A stretch of 63,112 nucleotides of DNA from an uncultured Clostridia bacterium (GTDB lineage: Bacteria; Bacillota; Clostridia; Oscillospirales; Acutalibacteraceae). Positions 1 to 8,848 of this stretch are shown here, in pieces (positions within the stretch are counted from its first letter, which is position 1; each line of letters begins with the position of its first letter). The stretch covers positions 1 through 63,112 of the forward strand of contig CALBQZ010000164.1 of assembly GCA_937899735.1 (NCBI GenBank). Reading direction: 5' to 3'. The notes under the pieces are model-generated. The model did no database searches and was not told where the DNA came from. It was given only the letters and a program-made list of their open reading frames with translations. Position numbers and translations under genes: made by a program.

Positions 1-55
1 CACCTGCAAAAGCAGTCATGAGATTAGCTTCTGTTTTTGAACCTTTAAGTTCCAT
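1..55 (-). CDS. rbr: rubrerythrin, first 18 codons only (gene runs off the left edge)
   Basis: The reverse complement of 1..55 reads MELKGSKTEANLMTAFAG, a typical rubrerythrin N-terminus. AAGGAG (rc of 64..69) lies 8 nt upstream of the ATG. Confidence 0.55.
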   Translation of the reverse strand, partial: MELKGSKTEANLMTAFAG

Positions 56-153
56 TGTAACCACTCCTTATTTTTTTTGTTAATATTCTACCATAATTTT
101 GCAAAATTACAACAAAATCATAAAAAAATGTTATAATTATTTTCGGTGATATT

Positions 154-834
154 ATGAGCAAAAAAGTTGAAATTAAAGAAATTGGTCATATTTATAATGA
201 TTACAAAGAAAAATTCGGAATTCCACGTCAAAGTGGACTTACAAAAAATGTAGTATCAAAAATTGTTTTTGAAAAAGAATTCATTTCTAAAGAATTTTTT
301 AAAGGTATCGAACAATTCTCTCACATATGGCTTTTATGGCTTTTTTCTGAAACCATAGGAAAGGATATTACTCCAACTGTAAGACCTCCAAAACTTGGTG
401 GAAATGAGCGTATGGGAGTATTTGCAACAAGGTCACCATTCAGGCCTAATCATATTGGTTTATCTTCAGTTAAAATCGAAAAGATTGACTATGATGATAA
501 TGTAGGAACAATTATATATGTCAGTGGTGCTGATTTAATGAACGGTACACCAATTATTGATATAAAACCATATTTGCCATATACGGATTGTCATAATGAT
601 GCATCAAATGGATTTGCATTAGATAATACTGGCGGTTTACTTGACGTCAAGTGTAGTGACGAGATTTTAAGCAAAATACCCTTTGATATGGTTGACGGAT
701 TGTTTGAAACGTTAACTCATGACCCTCGACCATCATACCAGAATGATGATAGAATTTATGGAATGAGTTACGGTGATTATCAGGTTAAATTTACAGTAAA
801 TAAAAACGAATTAAAGATAATTGATATAATTTAA
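154..834 (+). CDS. tsaA: tRNA (N6-threonylcarbamoyladenosine37-N6)-methyltransferase, TsaA/TrmO (YaeB) family
   Basis: 226-aa ORF with the family motifs GIPRQSGL, FSHIWLLW, VRPPKLGGNERMGVFATRSPFRPNHIGLS and GTPIIDIKPY. Confidence 0.8.
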   Translation: MSKKVEIKEIGHIYNDYKEKFGIPRQSGLTKNVVSKIVFEKEFISKEFFKGIEQFSHIWLLWLFSETIGKDITPTVRPPKLGGNERMGVFATRSPFRPNHIGLSSVKIEKIDYDDNVGTIIYVSGADLMNGTPIIDIKPYLPYTDCHNDASNGFALDNTGGLLDVKCSDEILSKIPFDMVDGLFETLTHDPRPSYQNDDRIYGMSYGDYQVKFTVNKNELKIIDII

Positions 835-862
835 CCCCTGCAAAAGTGCAGGGGTTTTCTTT
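835..862. terminator. intrinsic terminator hairpin between convergent genes
   Basis: CCCCTGCA (835..842), loop AAAG, TGCAGGGG (847..854), then a T-run. Confidence 0.7.
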
Positions 863-863
863 G

Positions 864-1466
864 TCATAATTTAATCTTTCTATCTTTAAAATAGAATTCT
901 TTATCGTGGTCGTTGATTTCACGCAAAACTCTGCAAGGGTTTCCAACAGCCACTACATTTGCTGGAATGTCTTTTGTAACAATACTACCTGCACCAATAA
1001 CAGAGTTATCACCAATCGTAATTCCCGGTAAAACTATTACCCCTGCACCAAGCCAACAATTTTTACCAACGTGAATTGGTAAGTTATATTGATATGCAAG
1101 TGGTCGAAGTTCAGGCAAAATAGGATGTCCTGCAGTTGCTAAAACAACATTTGGTCCAAGCATTGTATAATCACCCACATAAATGCCTGTATCATCAACA
1201 AGAGTCAGGTTAAAGTTCGCATAAACGCCTTTACCAAAATGAACATTCTTACCTGCCCAATTTGCGTGTAATGGTGGTTCAATATAACAGTCCTCACCTA
1301 TCTCTGCAAACATATTTTTAAGCATTTCTGTTCTTTTTGGAAGCTCCAATGGTCTTGTTGCATTAAAATCATATAATTTATCAAGATATGTAAGCTGTTC
1401 ATTAAACAAGTCCTCATCCATAGATAAATATAAATCTCCACTATGCATTTTTTCACGAATATTCAT
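864..1466 (-). CDS. maa: maltose/galactoside O-acetyltransferase (hexapeptide-repeat family)
   Basis: 200 aa with an Maa/LacA-like N-terminus (MHSGDLY). Left-handed beta-helix hexapeptide repeats (IGDNSVIGAGSIV) and VVAVGNPCRV near the C-terminus. Confidence 0.8.
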   Translation of the reverse strand: MNIREKMHSGDLYLSMDEDLFNEQLTYLDKLYDFNATRPLELPKRTEMLKNMFAEIGEDCYIEPPLHANWAGKNVHFGKGVYANFNLTLVDDTGIYVGDYTMLGPNVVLATAGHPILPELRPLAYQYNLPIHVGKNCWLGAGVIVLPGITIGDNSVIGAGSIVTKDIPANVVAVGNPCRVLREINDHDKEFYFKDRKIKL

Positions 1467-3012
1467 ATTTTTGCTCCTTTATATCCTCAAAATTATTACA
1501 ATCTATTATTTTTTTAAATTTGCGATATGTTTTTCTACGAGGTAAAACATTAAAATCTTTTAATATAACATTATCAGCATGACGCACAAAAATTCCATAG
1601 GCATTGATATTCCTGAATCGATTACATTCAGGATATTCTTTTTCTTGTTCAGGAATTTTAAACCTTAAGTCAAAATAATCCTTTCCGGCTGCATATTTCA
1701 AATCGAAATTCTGAAGATTAACATCTTTGATTATTTGATTTGGAATTCCCATAATCATAACGGGTATTTCAATGTTTTTGGCTATAATGTTTTTAACAGA
1801 AATATTGTTGATTTCGCCCTTACCGTCAAGGTAATCCTTTTTGTCACCATTTCGGTTACAAAGCCTTATAAATAACGGACAAGCCATGGAATCTATTTCT
1901 ATATCAGAGATTTTAATATTACTTACTTTTGCACCGTCACAGGACTCAATTGATATACCACTAACACCTGCAGGATAAATATCATTAAGATAGAATTTAC
2001 AGTTTTCAACTGTTACATCAATTATATCCAGTGATGTTTCTGTACCAATTTTAAAGGCATTTGTACAGGATACAACTTCACAATCGTGAATACAGATATT
2101 TCTCATGCCTTTCTTACACGCAACGTCAAGGTTATTTTTAATTATTAATCCATCATCACCTGAAGTAGCAACACTCATATTGTTTTTCAGTGCTATACCG
2201 TCATCAGCAGTTGATATAAAGCAATTTTTAATTACAGCATTTGAAGAACCACAAATATCAATTCCATCTGTGTTAGCAACGTGTCGATTATTATTAATAA
2301 CTACATTCGATATATCAACATTATAAGATGAATTGATATTCACTGTCCACATTGCTGAATTTTCTAAAATCAAATTATTTAGTTTTATATTTTTGCAATT
2401 CTTAAATAACACAAGATATCCATATTTTGATTTATGTGGAAACCGGATTCTTTTACGATATTCCTGTCGCAAGCCCCATACATCAAGTGCATTTTTAAAT
2501 GGTTCAGTCTGAGGTTTCAAATATGGTTTTAAAGAAAAGTAATTTCCCTCTCCACATATTCTTCCTGGACCAACTATTGCAACGTTTTGGCAATTATCGG
2601 CATATATTAATGAGTTTTCAGTGTAATCATAATTATTGTGCGAGGCAATAATCGAAGACTCTTTTTCAATATATAAAATAACATTACTTTTCAGATAAAT
2701 TGTTCCTGAGTGATAGTTTCCACCACTTACTACAACTACCCCACCACCATTAACACTACATTTTTCAATAGTTGAGTTAATATAAAAAGCATTATTTATA
2801 CTCGAATCGTCAGAAATTGCACCATATTCTGTAATTGTATAAACATTATCTGCAGGACACATAAAATCGTTATTTATATACTTTTCATAGGGAATGTTTT
2901 TATAAAAATCCCCTTCATAAATATCACTAAAAACTTCTCCATCATACACTTTAAAGTCTTTTTGAAGTTTTGGAAAATACGAACCAAAATGATTAATCAA
3001 ACGTGACATCAC
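1453..3012 (-). CDS. glycoside hydrolase family 28-like (polygalacturonase-type right-handed beta-helix), no signal peptide
   Basis: 519 aa. NTDGIDI and STADDGIALK motifs are typical of GH28 catalytic Asp residues, with repetitive beta-helix turns. Its stop overlaps the maa start by 14 nt. Confidence 0.65.
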   Translation of the reverse strand: MMSRLINHFGSYFPKLQKDFKVYDGEVFSDIYEGDFYKNIPYEKYINNDFMCPADNVYTITEYGAISDDSSINNAFYINSTIEKCSVNGGGVVVVSGGNYHSGTIYLKSNVILYIEKESSIIASHNNYDYTENSLIYADNCQNVAIVGPGRICGEGNYFSLKPYLKPQTEPFKNALDVWGLRQEYRKRIRFPHKSKYGYLVLFKNCKNIKLNNLILENSAMWTVNINSSYNVDISNVVINNNRHVANTDGIDICGSSNAVIKNCFISTADDGIALKNNMSVATSGDDGLIIKNNLDVACKKGMRNICIHDCEVVSCTNAFKIGTETSLDIIDVTVENCKFYLNDIYPAGVSGISIESCDGAKVSNIKISDIEIDSMACPLFIRLCNRNGDKKDYLDGKGEINNISVKNIIAKNIEIPVMIMGIPNQIIKDVNLQNFDLKYAAGKDYFDLRFKIPEQEKEYPECNRFRNINAYGIFVRHADNVILKDFNVLPRRKTYRKFKKIIDCNNFEDIKEQKYEYS

Positions 3013-3120
3013 AACACCTCACCAAAATATTACCATAAGTGATAATAAAAATAAAGAAATAAATGAATTTTTATTTTTCGAAATCATATTCTATTATGAA
3101 TAATGTTTTGAGGTGATTAA

Positions 3121-4950
3121 ATGTGTGGAATTGCTGGTGAAGTATCATTTTCACATCCTGCTATAAAAAATAAAGATTCATTTATAAAAATGCAAAAAGT
3201 GTTAGAGCCAAGAGGTCCTGACCAAAATGGAATGTATATAAAAGACAATGTTGCGCTCATACATTCAAGACTTGCTGTAATTGACATTGAAAACGGCATT
3301 CAACCAATGACATTCAAATATGGACAAAAAGAATACACCGTTGTATACAATGGTGAGTTATATAACACTAATGAAATTCGTAATCAGCTTACACTACTAG
3401 GACACAAGTTTTCAAGTCATTCCGATACTGAAGTTGTGTTAAAATCATTCATTCAATGGAAAGATGCTTGCTTAGAAAAATTCAATGGAATTTTCGCATT
3501 TGCAATATGGGATGATTTTGAAAAACAACTGTTTTTTGCAAGAGATAGAATGGGAGTTAAACCTTTTTTCTATACAATAATCAACGACTCATTTATATTT
3601 GGTTCAGAGATTAAAGCACTTCTTGAACATAAGTATGTAGAACCTGTAATTGATGAAAACTCAATTGCTGATATTATGTTTATCGGTCCTGGACGTACAC
3701 CTGGTTATGGTGTTTTTAAAAACGTACAAGAATTAAAGCCTGCCTCATGGGGAACGTTTTCAAAAAGTGGAATTAAAATAAGAAAATACTGGACTTTAAA
3801 AGATAAACCACATACTGATAGCCTTGAAGAAACAATAGAAAAAGTAAGATTCTTAGTAGAAGACTCCATAACCAGACAGTTAGTTTCCGATGTACCTGTT
3901 GGAACATTTTTATCAGGTGGTTTGGATTCAAGCATTATATCAAGTATCGCAAACAGGTATTTTAGCAATCGAAACATTAAGTTAAAAACGTTTTCGGTAA
4001 CTTATGAAGATAATGACACATATTTTAAAACAAGTAAATTCCAACCAAATAGTGATTCATCCTATATCAAAAAAATGGTTGAATATCTTGGGTGTGAACA
4101 CTACTTAATCTGTTTAAAAAACGAGGACCTTGCCCAAGCATTAACCAATTCAGTTGACGCAAGAGATTTACCGGGAATGGCTGATGTGGATTCTTCTTTA
4201 CTACTATTCTGTAAAAAAATAAAAGAACATTGTACAGTTGCTCTATCGGGTGAATGTGCTGACGAGATTTTTGGAGGATATCCTTGGTACAGAGATAAAA
4301 AAATCAGAGCAATCAACGGATTTCCATGGTCTCAATCAATTCAATATAGAAAATCATTCATTAAAGATGATATTAATATTCCTAATAGTGAGGAATACTC
4401 ACTTGCAAGATACAAAGATACCATTATCAACGCATCAAAAATTGATGGTATTTCACCTTTAGAATCAAGGATGAAAGAAATGATGAAATTAAATATTGAT
4501 TGGTTTATGCAAACCTTGTTAGACAGAAAAGACAGAATGAGTATGTACAATGGACTCGAAGTAAGAGTTCCGTTTTGCGATTACAGAATTGCCGAATATC
4601 TTTATTCTGTGCCTTGGAAATTCAAGGACTACAACTCATATGAAAAAGGATTATTGAGAAAATCTATGGAAGACATTCTACCAAAAGAAGTTTTATGGAG
4701 AAAAAAGAGTCCATATCCAAAGACACACAATCCTAAGTATCTAAAAATTGTGTCAGAAATGCTGACTGAAATTATTAATAATGATTCCTCCCCTATTTTT
4801 TCATTCATAAAGAAGTCAGAATTGGAGAAACTACTTTATACAGAAAACGCTGAGCCTTGGTATGGTCAGCTAATGACTACACCACAAACAATTGCGTATT
4901 TTATCCAAATTAACTATTGGCTTAAAAAGTATAAAATTAGAATTGAATAA
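3121..4950 (+). CDS. asnB: asparagine synthase (glutamine-hydrolysing)
   Basis: N-terminal MCGIAG nucleophile, SGGLDSS PP-loop, 609 aa. Confidence 0.9.
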   Translation: MCGIAGEVSFSHPAIKNKDSFIKMQKVLEPRGPDQNGMYIKDNVALIHSRLAVIDIENGIQPMTFKYGQKEYTVVYNGELYNTNEIRNQLTLLGHKFSSHSDTEVVLKSFIQWKDACLEKFNGIFAFAIWDDFEKQLFFARDRMGVKPFFYTIINDSFIFGSEIKALLEHKYVEPVIDENSIADIMFIGPGRTPGYGVFKNVQELKPASWGTFSKSGIKIRKYWTLKDKPHTDSLEETIEKVRFLVEDSITRQLVSDVPVGTFLSGGLDSSIISSIANRYFSNRNIKLKTFSVTYEDNDTYFKTSKFQPNSDSSYIKKMVEYLGCEHYLICLKNEDLAQALTNSVDARDLPGMADVDSSLLLFCKKIKEHCTVALSGECADEIFGGYPWYRDKKIRAINGFPWSQSIQYRKSFIKDDINIPNSEEYSLARYKDTIINASKIDGISPLESRMKEMMKLNIDWFMQTLLDRKDRMSMYNGLEVRVPFCDYRIAEYLYSVPWKFKDYNSYEKGLLRKSMEDILPKEVLWRKKSPYPKTHNPKYLKIVSEMLTEIINNDSSPIFSFIKKSELEKLLYTENAEPWYGQLMTTPQTIAYFIQINYWLKKYKIRIE

Positions 4951-4960
4951 GGGATGAAAA

Positions 4961-5914
4961 ATGAAAAATTCGGATCTAAAAAAGGTTGCACTTGTCGGAA
5001 CAGGATTTGTTGGGATGAGTTTTGCTTACGCACTACTTAATAGTGGAGAATGTGACCAGCTCGTGCTGATTGACATAAATAAAGTTAAAGCTCATGGTGA
5101 ATCTATGGACTTAAATCACGGATTACCTTTTGCAAAAAGAAACATGTTGATTTTTGATGGTGAATTCTGTGATTGTTGTGATGCAGATATTGTTGTTATT
5201 TGTGCAGGGGTTAATCAAAAAGAAGGAGAAAGTAGGATTGAGCTACTTAATCGTAACTACGAAGTTTTTAAATCAATAATTGACCCAGTTATAAAAAGTG
5301 GATTTAATGGAATCTTTCTCGTTGCCACAAACCCCGTTGACATAATGACCAAAATAACCCTAAAACTTTCAGGTTTTGAAAGCTCAAAGGTTATAGGCAG
5401 TGGCACAACTCTGGACACTGCCAGATTAAGATATTTATTGGGTGATTATTTTAAAATTGACCCACGTAATATTCACGCATACGTTATTGGTGAGCATGGC
5501 GACAGTGAAATAATACCTTGGTCACAAGCTTATGTCACCACAAAGAGAATCTACGATATTATCGACTCATCAAACGGAAAATTCAAATTTGAAGATTTAT
5601 ATAACATCAGCAAAAACGTTACAGGTGCTGCTCAGGAAATTATAAGTGCAAAAAATGCGACATACTATGGAATTGGCATGGCTCTTGTAAGAATTGTTCG
5701 TGCAATATTCGGTGATGAAAAAAGTGCTTTGACAGTTTCAGTCATGCTTAATGGACAATATGGTGTTACTGATGTGTATGCAGGATTACCTGCAATAATA
5801 GGTCGAAATGGTGTTGAAGATATTATCGTCCTTGATTTAAAAGAAAACGAAAGAACTGCCTTTATTAATTCATGTAATTTTTTGAAAGAAACAGCCGAAC
5901 AAATTGATTTTTAA
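4961..5914 (+). CDS. ldh: L-lactate dehydrogenase
   Basis: GTGFVGMSFAYAL Rossmann motif, GEHGDSE catalytic His loop, 317 aa. Confidence 0.9.
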   Translation: MKNSDLKKVALVGTGFVGMSFAYALLNSGECDQLVLIDINKVKAHGESMDLNHGLPFAKRNMLIFDGEFCDCCDADIVVICAGVNQKEGESRIELLNRNYEVFKSIIDPVIKSGFNGIFLVATNPVDIMTKITLKLSGFESSKVIGSGTTLDTARLRYLLGDYFKIDPRNIHAYVIGEHGDSEIIPWSQAYVTTKRIYDIIDSSNGKFKFEDLYNISKNVTGAAQEIISAKNATYYGIGMALVRIVRAIFGDEKSALTVSVMLNGQYGVTDVYAGLPAIIGRNGVEDIIVLDLKENERTAFINSCNFLKETAEQIDF

Positions 5915-5919
5915 GCATA

Positions 5920-5948
5920 AAAAAGCCACCCTAAAGGGTGGCTGAATT
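5920..5948. terminator. terminator hairpin between convergent ldh and the 5951..7777 gene
   Basis: GCCACCC (5925..5931), loop TAAA, GGGTGGC (5936..5942). The A-run on the plus strand gives a T-run for the minus-strand gene. Confidence 0.7.
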
Positions 5949-5950
5949 TA

Positions 5951-7777
5951 TCATTTAACGCTATCATAAACCTCATAGAAGTTTTTAATAAATGTTGTTC
6001 CTGCATGTTTACCATATGAAATCAAGCACCATGTATCACTGTCAAAGCCGCCGGAAATTTCATTATACTGATATCCAGCCATTACATAGTTAGCCTCGTT
6101 TGCAACATAACCTGCTGCATCATTCATAAGGTCCATAATGATAATATCTTCGCCTGTGTATTCTCTGATTGTAGGCATTGGGAAGTCTTTTGCACCATTA
6201 CCACCAAAGAGAAGTTCACCAAAAGTTTCACCAGGACTCATATAAACCTTCATATCATCGCCGATTTCAAGATATCCTACTTCTGAAACAGTGTAATAAT
6301 TATTCTTTACATCCTTTAATACAAGGTTATCAGCAATAGATGTTTTACCTAAAGTTACAATAAGATTATTTTCTATCTGAACTGTAAACTGCTTTAACTT
6401 AATATTGAGGATAGGTTTAACCTCTGTCTTACCTACTGTTGGAAGGTCCTCATACCAAATGGTATAACCCTCCTGGCCTTTATACTGTTCAATACCAAGT
6501 TTATCTCCAGTGTATGCGTTAAGAGCAATTCTTTCTGCCTTAGTCATATTCATACCTAGAAGAATATAACCCATCTCATAGCCATATCTCATTGCTCCAT
6601 CATGAGCTGAACCATCAAGTTCATCATTTGAATAGTGACGTGATGAACTAACTGTTGAAACATTACCCTGAATGAAAATAAAGTTAAATCCAGCAGCATT
6701 CATGAGCTTTTCTGTGTACCAGATAAAGTCCGCAGTAAATTTTCTATCGAGTTTTAATGGGTCACTTTCGTCCTGATTCCAGTCGAAGCTTGCTGATTCA
6801 GGGTGACATCCGAATGTTGTAATAAGAGTTGGAGTCTTTGTTGAGTCATATGGCATAAACTCAAGCTTATACATATTTGTATCAAAAGAAATAGGTGCAG
6901 TTCTATCAAAAAGATATTCTTCAATATCAATTGATGAATAGTACATCTTACCTGTTGTCATATCAGCTATAGCTTCTTTAACTGCTTCTCTTGTACCTTT
7001 AACCAATGAGTCAATAAAATCTCTTGGAACACCATATTTAACAGTATCTGTTATTGTATTGTTAAGAAGGCAGCCGATTGGGTCAGTCCATACACCTTGT
7101 GAATCTATACCAGTATGGATATGTGTACATGAAACATTGATGCTTACGATATTATTTGCCTCCGCAATTTCTTTAAGTCCTTCACGGATTACACGTACAT
7201 CAGAGTTAGCAAGACCCATAGCATCAACGGAAATAAATACAACATTTCCTCTACCTGAACCATCATTCATAATAATAACACGAGCCATTAAATCTTCGTA
7301 GTTACCATCATCATCTTTATACATTTCGTTACCGTAAACATATGGAATGTATGCGCCTTTAGCATAACGTTTTTCACCAAAATTGTCAGGTAATACAGAT
7401 GCCTTACCATAACCGAGGCTCCATACTTTATCACCTTGAGGCTCGTCAATAAACTTATCCATACCAGGATAGAAATTCTCATAAGAATTGACGTCAAAGC
7501 TTTCAAAATCAATAACAGCTGAAGAATCCGGAATAGAAAGTTTTAACAAATTACCTACAACATCATTAATAAAGAAATCACTTACTTTATTAAGAATCTT
7601 GTATGCAAGAATCTTTCTTTCAATATCGTCTTCATTTTCAACACCTGTTTCCGATGCAGCTACATAATCTACCACTGAATCATAGGTGTTACTTGCACTT
7701 GCAGGAATACATACTATAGGCATAGCCAAGCATATACAGATGAACAATGCAAGAACTTTTTTCATTGTGTTTTTCAT
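5951..7777 (-). CDS. secreted hydrolase with neutral/alkaline ceramidase-like N-terminal domain
   Basis: Start moved to the ATG at 7777 (MKNTMKKVLALFICICLAMP..ASA signal peptide), with GGAGG 7 nt upstream. The pattern LGYGKASVLP .. ARVIIMNDG..VVFISVDAMGL .. VSCTHIHTG resembles ceramidase_alk-type domains. Confidence 0.45.
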   Translation of the reverse strand: MKNTMKKVLALFICICLAMPIVCIPASASNTYDSVVDYVAASETGVENEDDIERKILAYKILNKVSDFFINDVVGNLLKLSIPDSSAVIDFESFDVNSYENFYPGMDKFIDEPQGDKVWSLGYGKASVLPDNFGEKRYAKGAYIPYVYGNEMYKDDDGNYEDLMARVIIMNDGSGRGNVVFISVDAMGLANSDVRVIREGLKEIAEANNIVSINVSCTHIHTGIDSQGVWTDPIGCLLNNTITDTVKYGVPRDFIDSLVKGTREAVKEAIADMTTGKMYYSSIDIEEYLFDRTAPISFDTNMYKLEFMPYDSTKTPTLITTFGCHPESASFDWNQDESDPLKLDRKFTADFIWYTEKLMNAAGFNFIFIQGNVSTVSSSRHYSNDELDGSAHDGAMRYGYEMGYILLGMNMTKAERIALNAYTGDKLGIEQYKGQEGYTIWYEDLPTVGKTEVKPILNIKLKQFTVQIENNLIVTLGKTSIADNLVLKDVKNNYYTVSEVGYLEIGDDMKVYMSPGETFGELLFGGNGAKDFPMPTIREYTGEDIIIMDLMNDAAGYVANEANYVMAGYQYNEISGGFDSDTWCLISYGKHAGTTFIKNFYEVYDSVK

Positions 7778-7796
7778 AATAATTCCTCCATTATAA

Positions 7797-8822
7797 TTAA
7801 TGTATTTTATCACGAATTTCATCCTTAAAGATAAAATGATATCCATTATTTTCCAATAATTCATCATCAAGCATTAACTTACCAATGCCACGAATTTTAG
7901 CGTTTATTGGTTCGTCAACTTCTTCGCATCTTATATCTAACTGAGAAGATAACCTGGAAGCAATATCAAATATCAATGCACCTCCACCACAAATCTTAAT
8001 CCCATGGTCAGCCGAATCAGCCAAAAGTTCAGGTGGAATATGAGACATCTCGTCACGAATCTCCCTTACCAAAAGATTTATTTGTTCATCAACATAGGGA
8101 TAAACTTCAGTAGATGTAATTTCAAATGAAATCGGCATTTCATCCAGATTGCTTTTTCCCGATGCAAATAATGCTGATTCACATTCTCTTATATTTGCTG
8201 ATGTGATTTTATTCTTTATTTCTCTGGCAGTATGTGGACCAATAAGAATATCCCTATCCTGCTTTAAGTGGTTAATAATAGCCTTATCTATTTCATAACT
8301 ACCACGTTTAATAACTCCGTTTGCAACTATTCCACCCATAGAAATAATAGCATATTCCGTTATGTGATGACCAATATCAATGACCATTCGTCCACCAATT
8401 TTATCAGTTGAAATATCACATCCAAAAGCAGAAGCAAGAATGCCTTCAACAAGACAAACACGACCAGCACCTGCAAGAGTTACTACATCAAGAAAAACTT
8501 TCTTTTCCAAGCTTGAAATATTTGATGATAATCCAATAACAATGTTAGGTTTATAAATTCTGTTTCCACAAACACGCTGGAGATAATAACGTAACATTCT
8601 TTCTGCCATAACAAAATCGGAAACAACGCCGTTATTTATTACCTTGGTAATTGTGATATCATCACCACAACGACCATAAACCATATCTGCTGCTTGACCA
8701 AAAGCTATAGGATTACCCGTCTCGCTGTCAATGGCAACAATTGATGGTTCATTTACCACGAGACCTTTTTTTTCGGTATAGATTTTGAGAGAAGATGAAC
8801 CAAAGTCAATGCCAATCTTCAT
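7797..8822 (-). CDS. divergent MreB/Mbl-family actin-like protein
   Basis: MKIGIDFGSSSL.., LIGPHTAREIKNKI and CGGGALI are MreB-like, but the phosphate-2 loop reads DIGHHITE. The start is ambiguous: ATG at 8822, or TTG at 8852 overlapping the typA stop. Confidence 0.6.
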   Translation of the reverse strand: MKIGIDFGSSSLKIYTEKKGLVVNEPSIVAIDSETGNPIAFGQAADMVYGRCGDDITITKVINNGVVSDFVMAERMLRYYLQRVCGNRIYKPNIVIGLSSNISSLEKKVFLDVVTLAGAGRVCLVEGILASAFGCDISTDKIGGRMVIDIGHHITEYAIISMGGIVANGVIKRGSYEIDKAIINHLKQDRDILIGPHTAREIKNKITSANIRECESALFASGKSNLDEMPISFEITSTEVYPYVDEQINLLVREIRDEMSHIPPELLADSADHGIKICGGGALIFDIASRLSSQLDIRCEEVDEPINAKIRGIGKLMLDDELLENNGYHFIFKDEIRDKIH

Positions 8823-8848
8823 TCCTTTCAAGGAATCATCCCCTTCAC

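Noticed and set aside
7778-7870. 31-codon N-terminal extension of the secreted hydrolase ORF, overlapping the MreB-like gene.
   Set aside because: The internal ATG at 7777 has a GGAGG RBS and starts a canonical signal peptide. The extension would bury that signal peptide.
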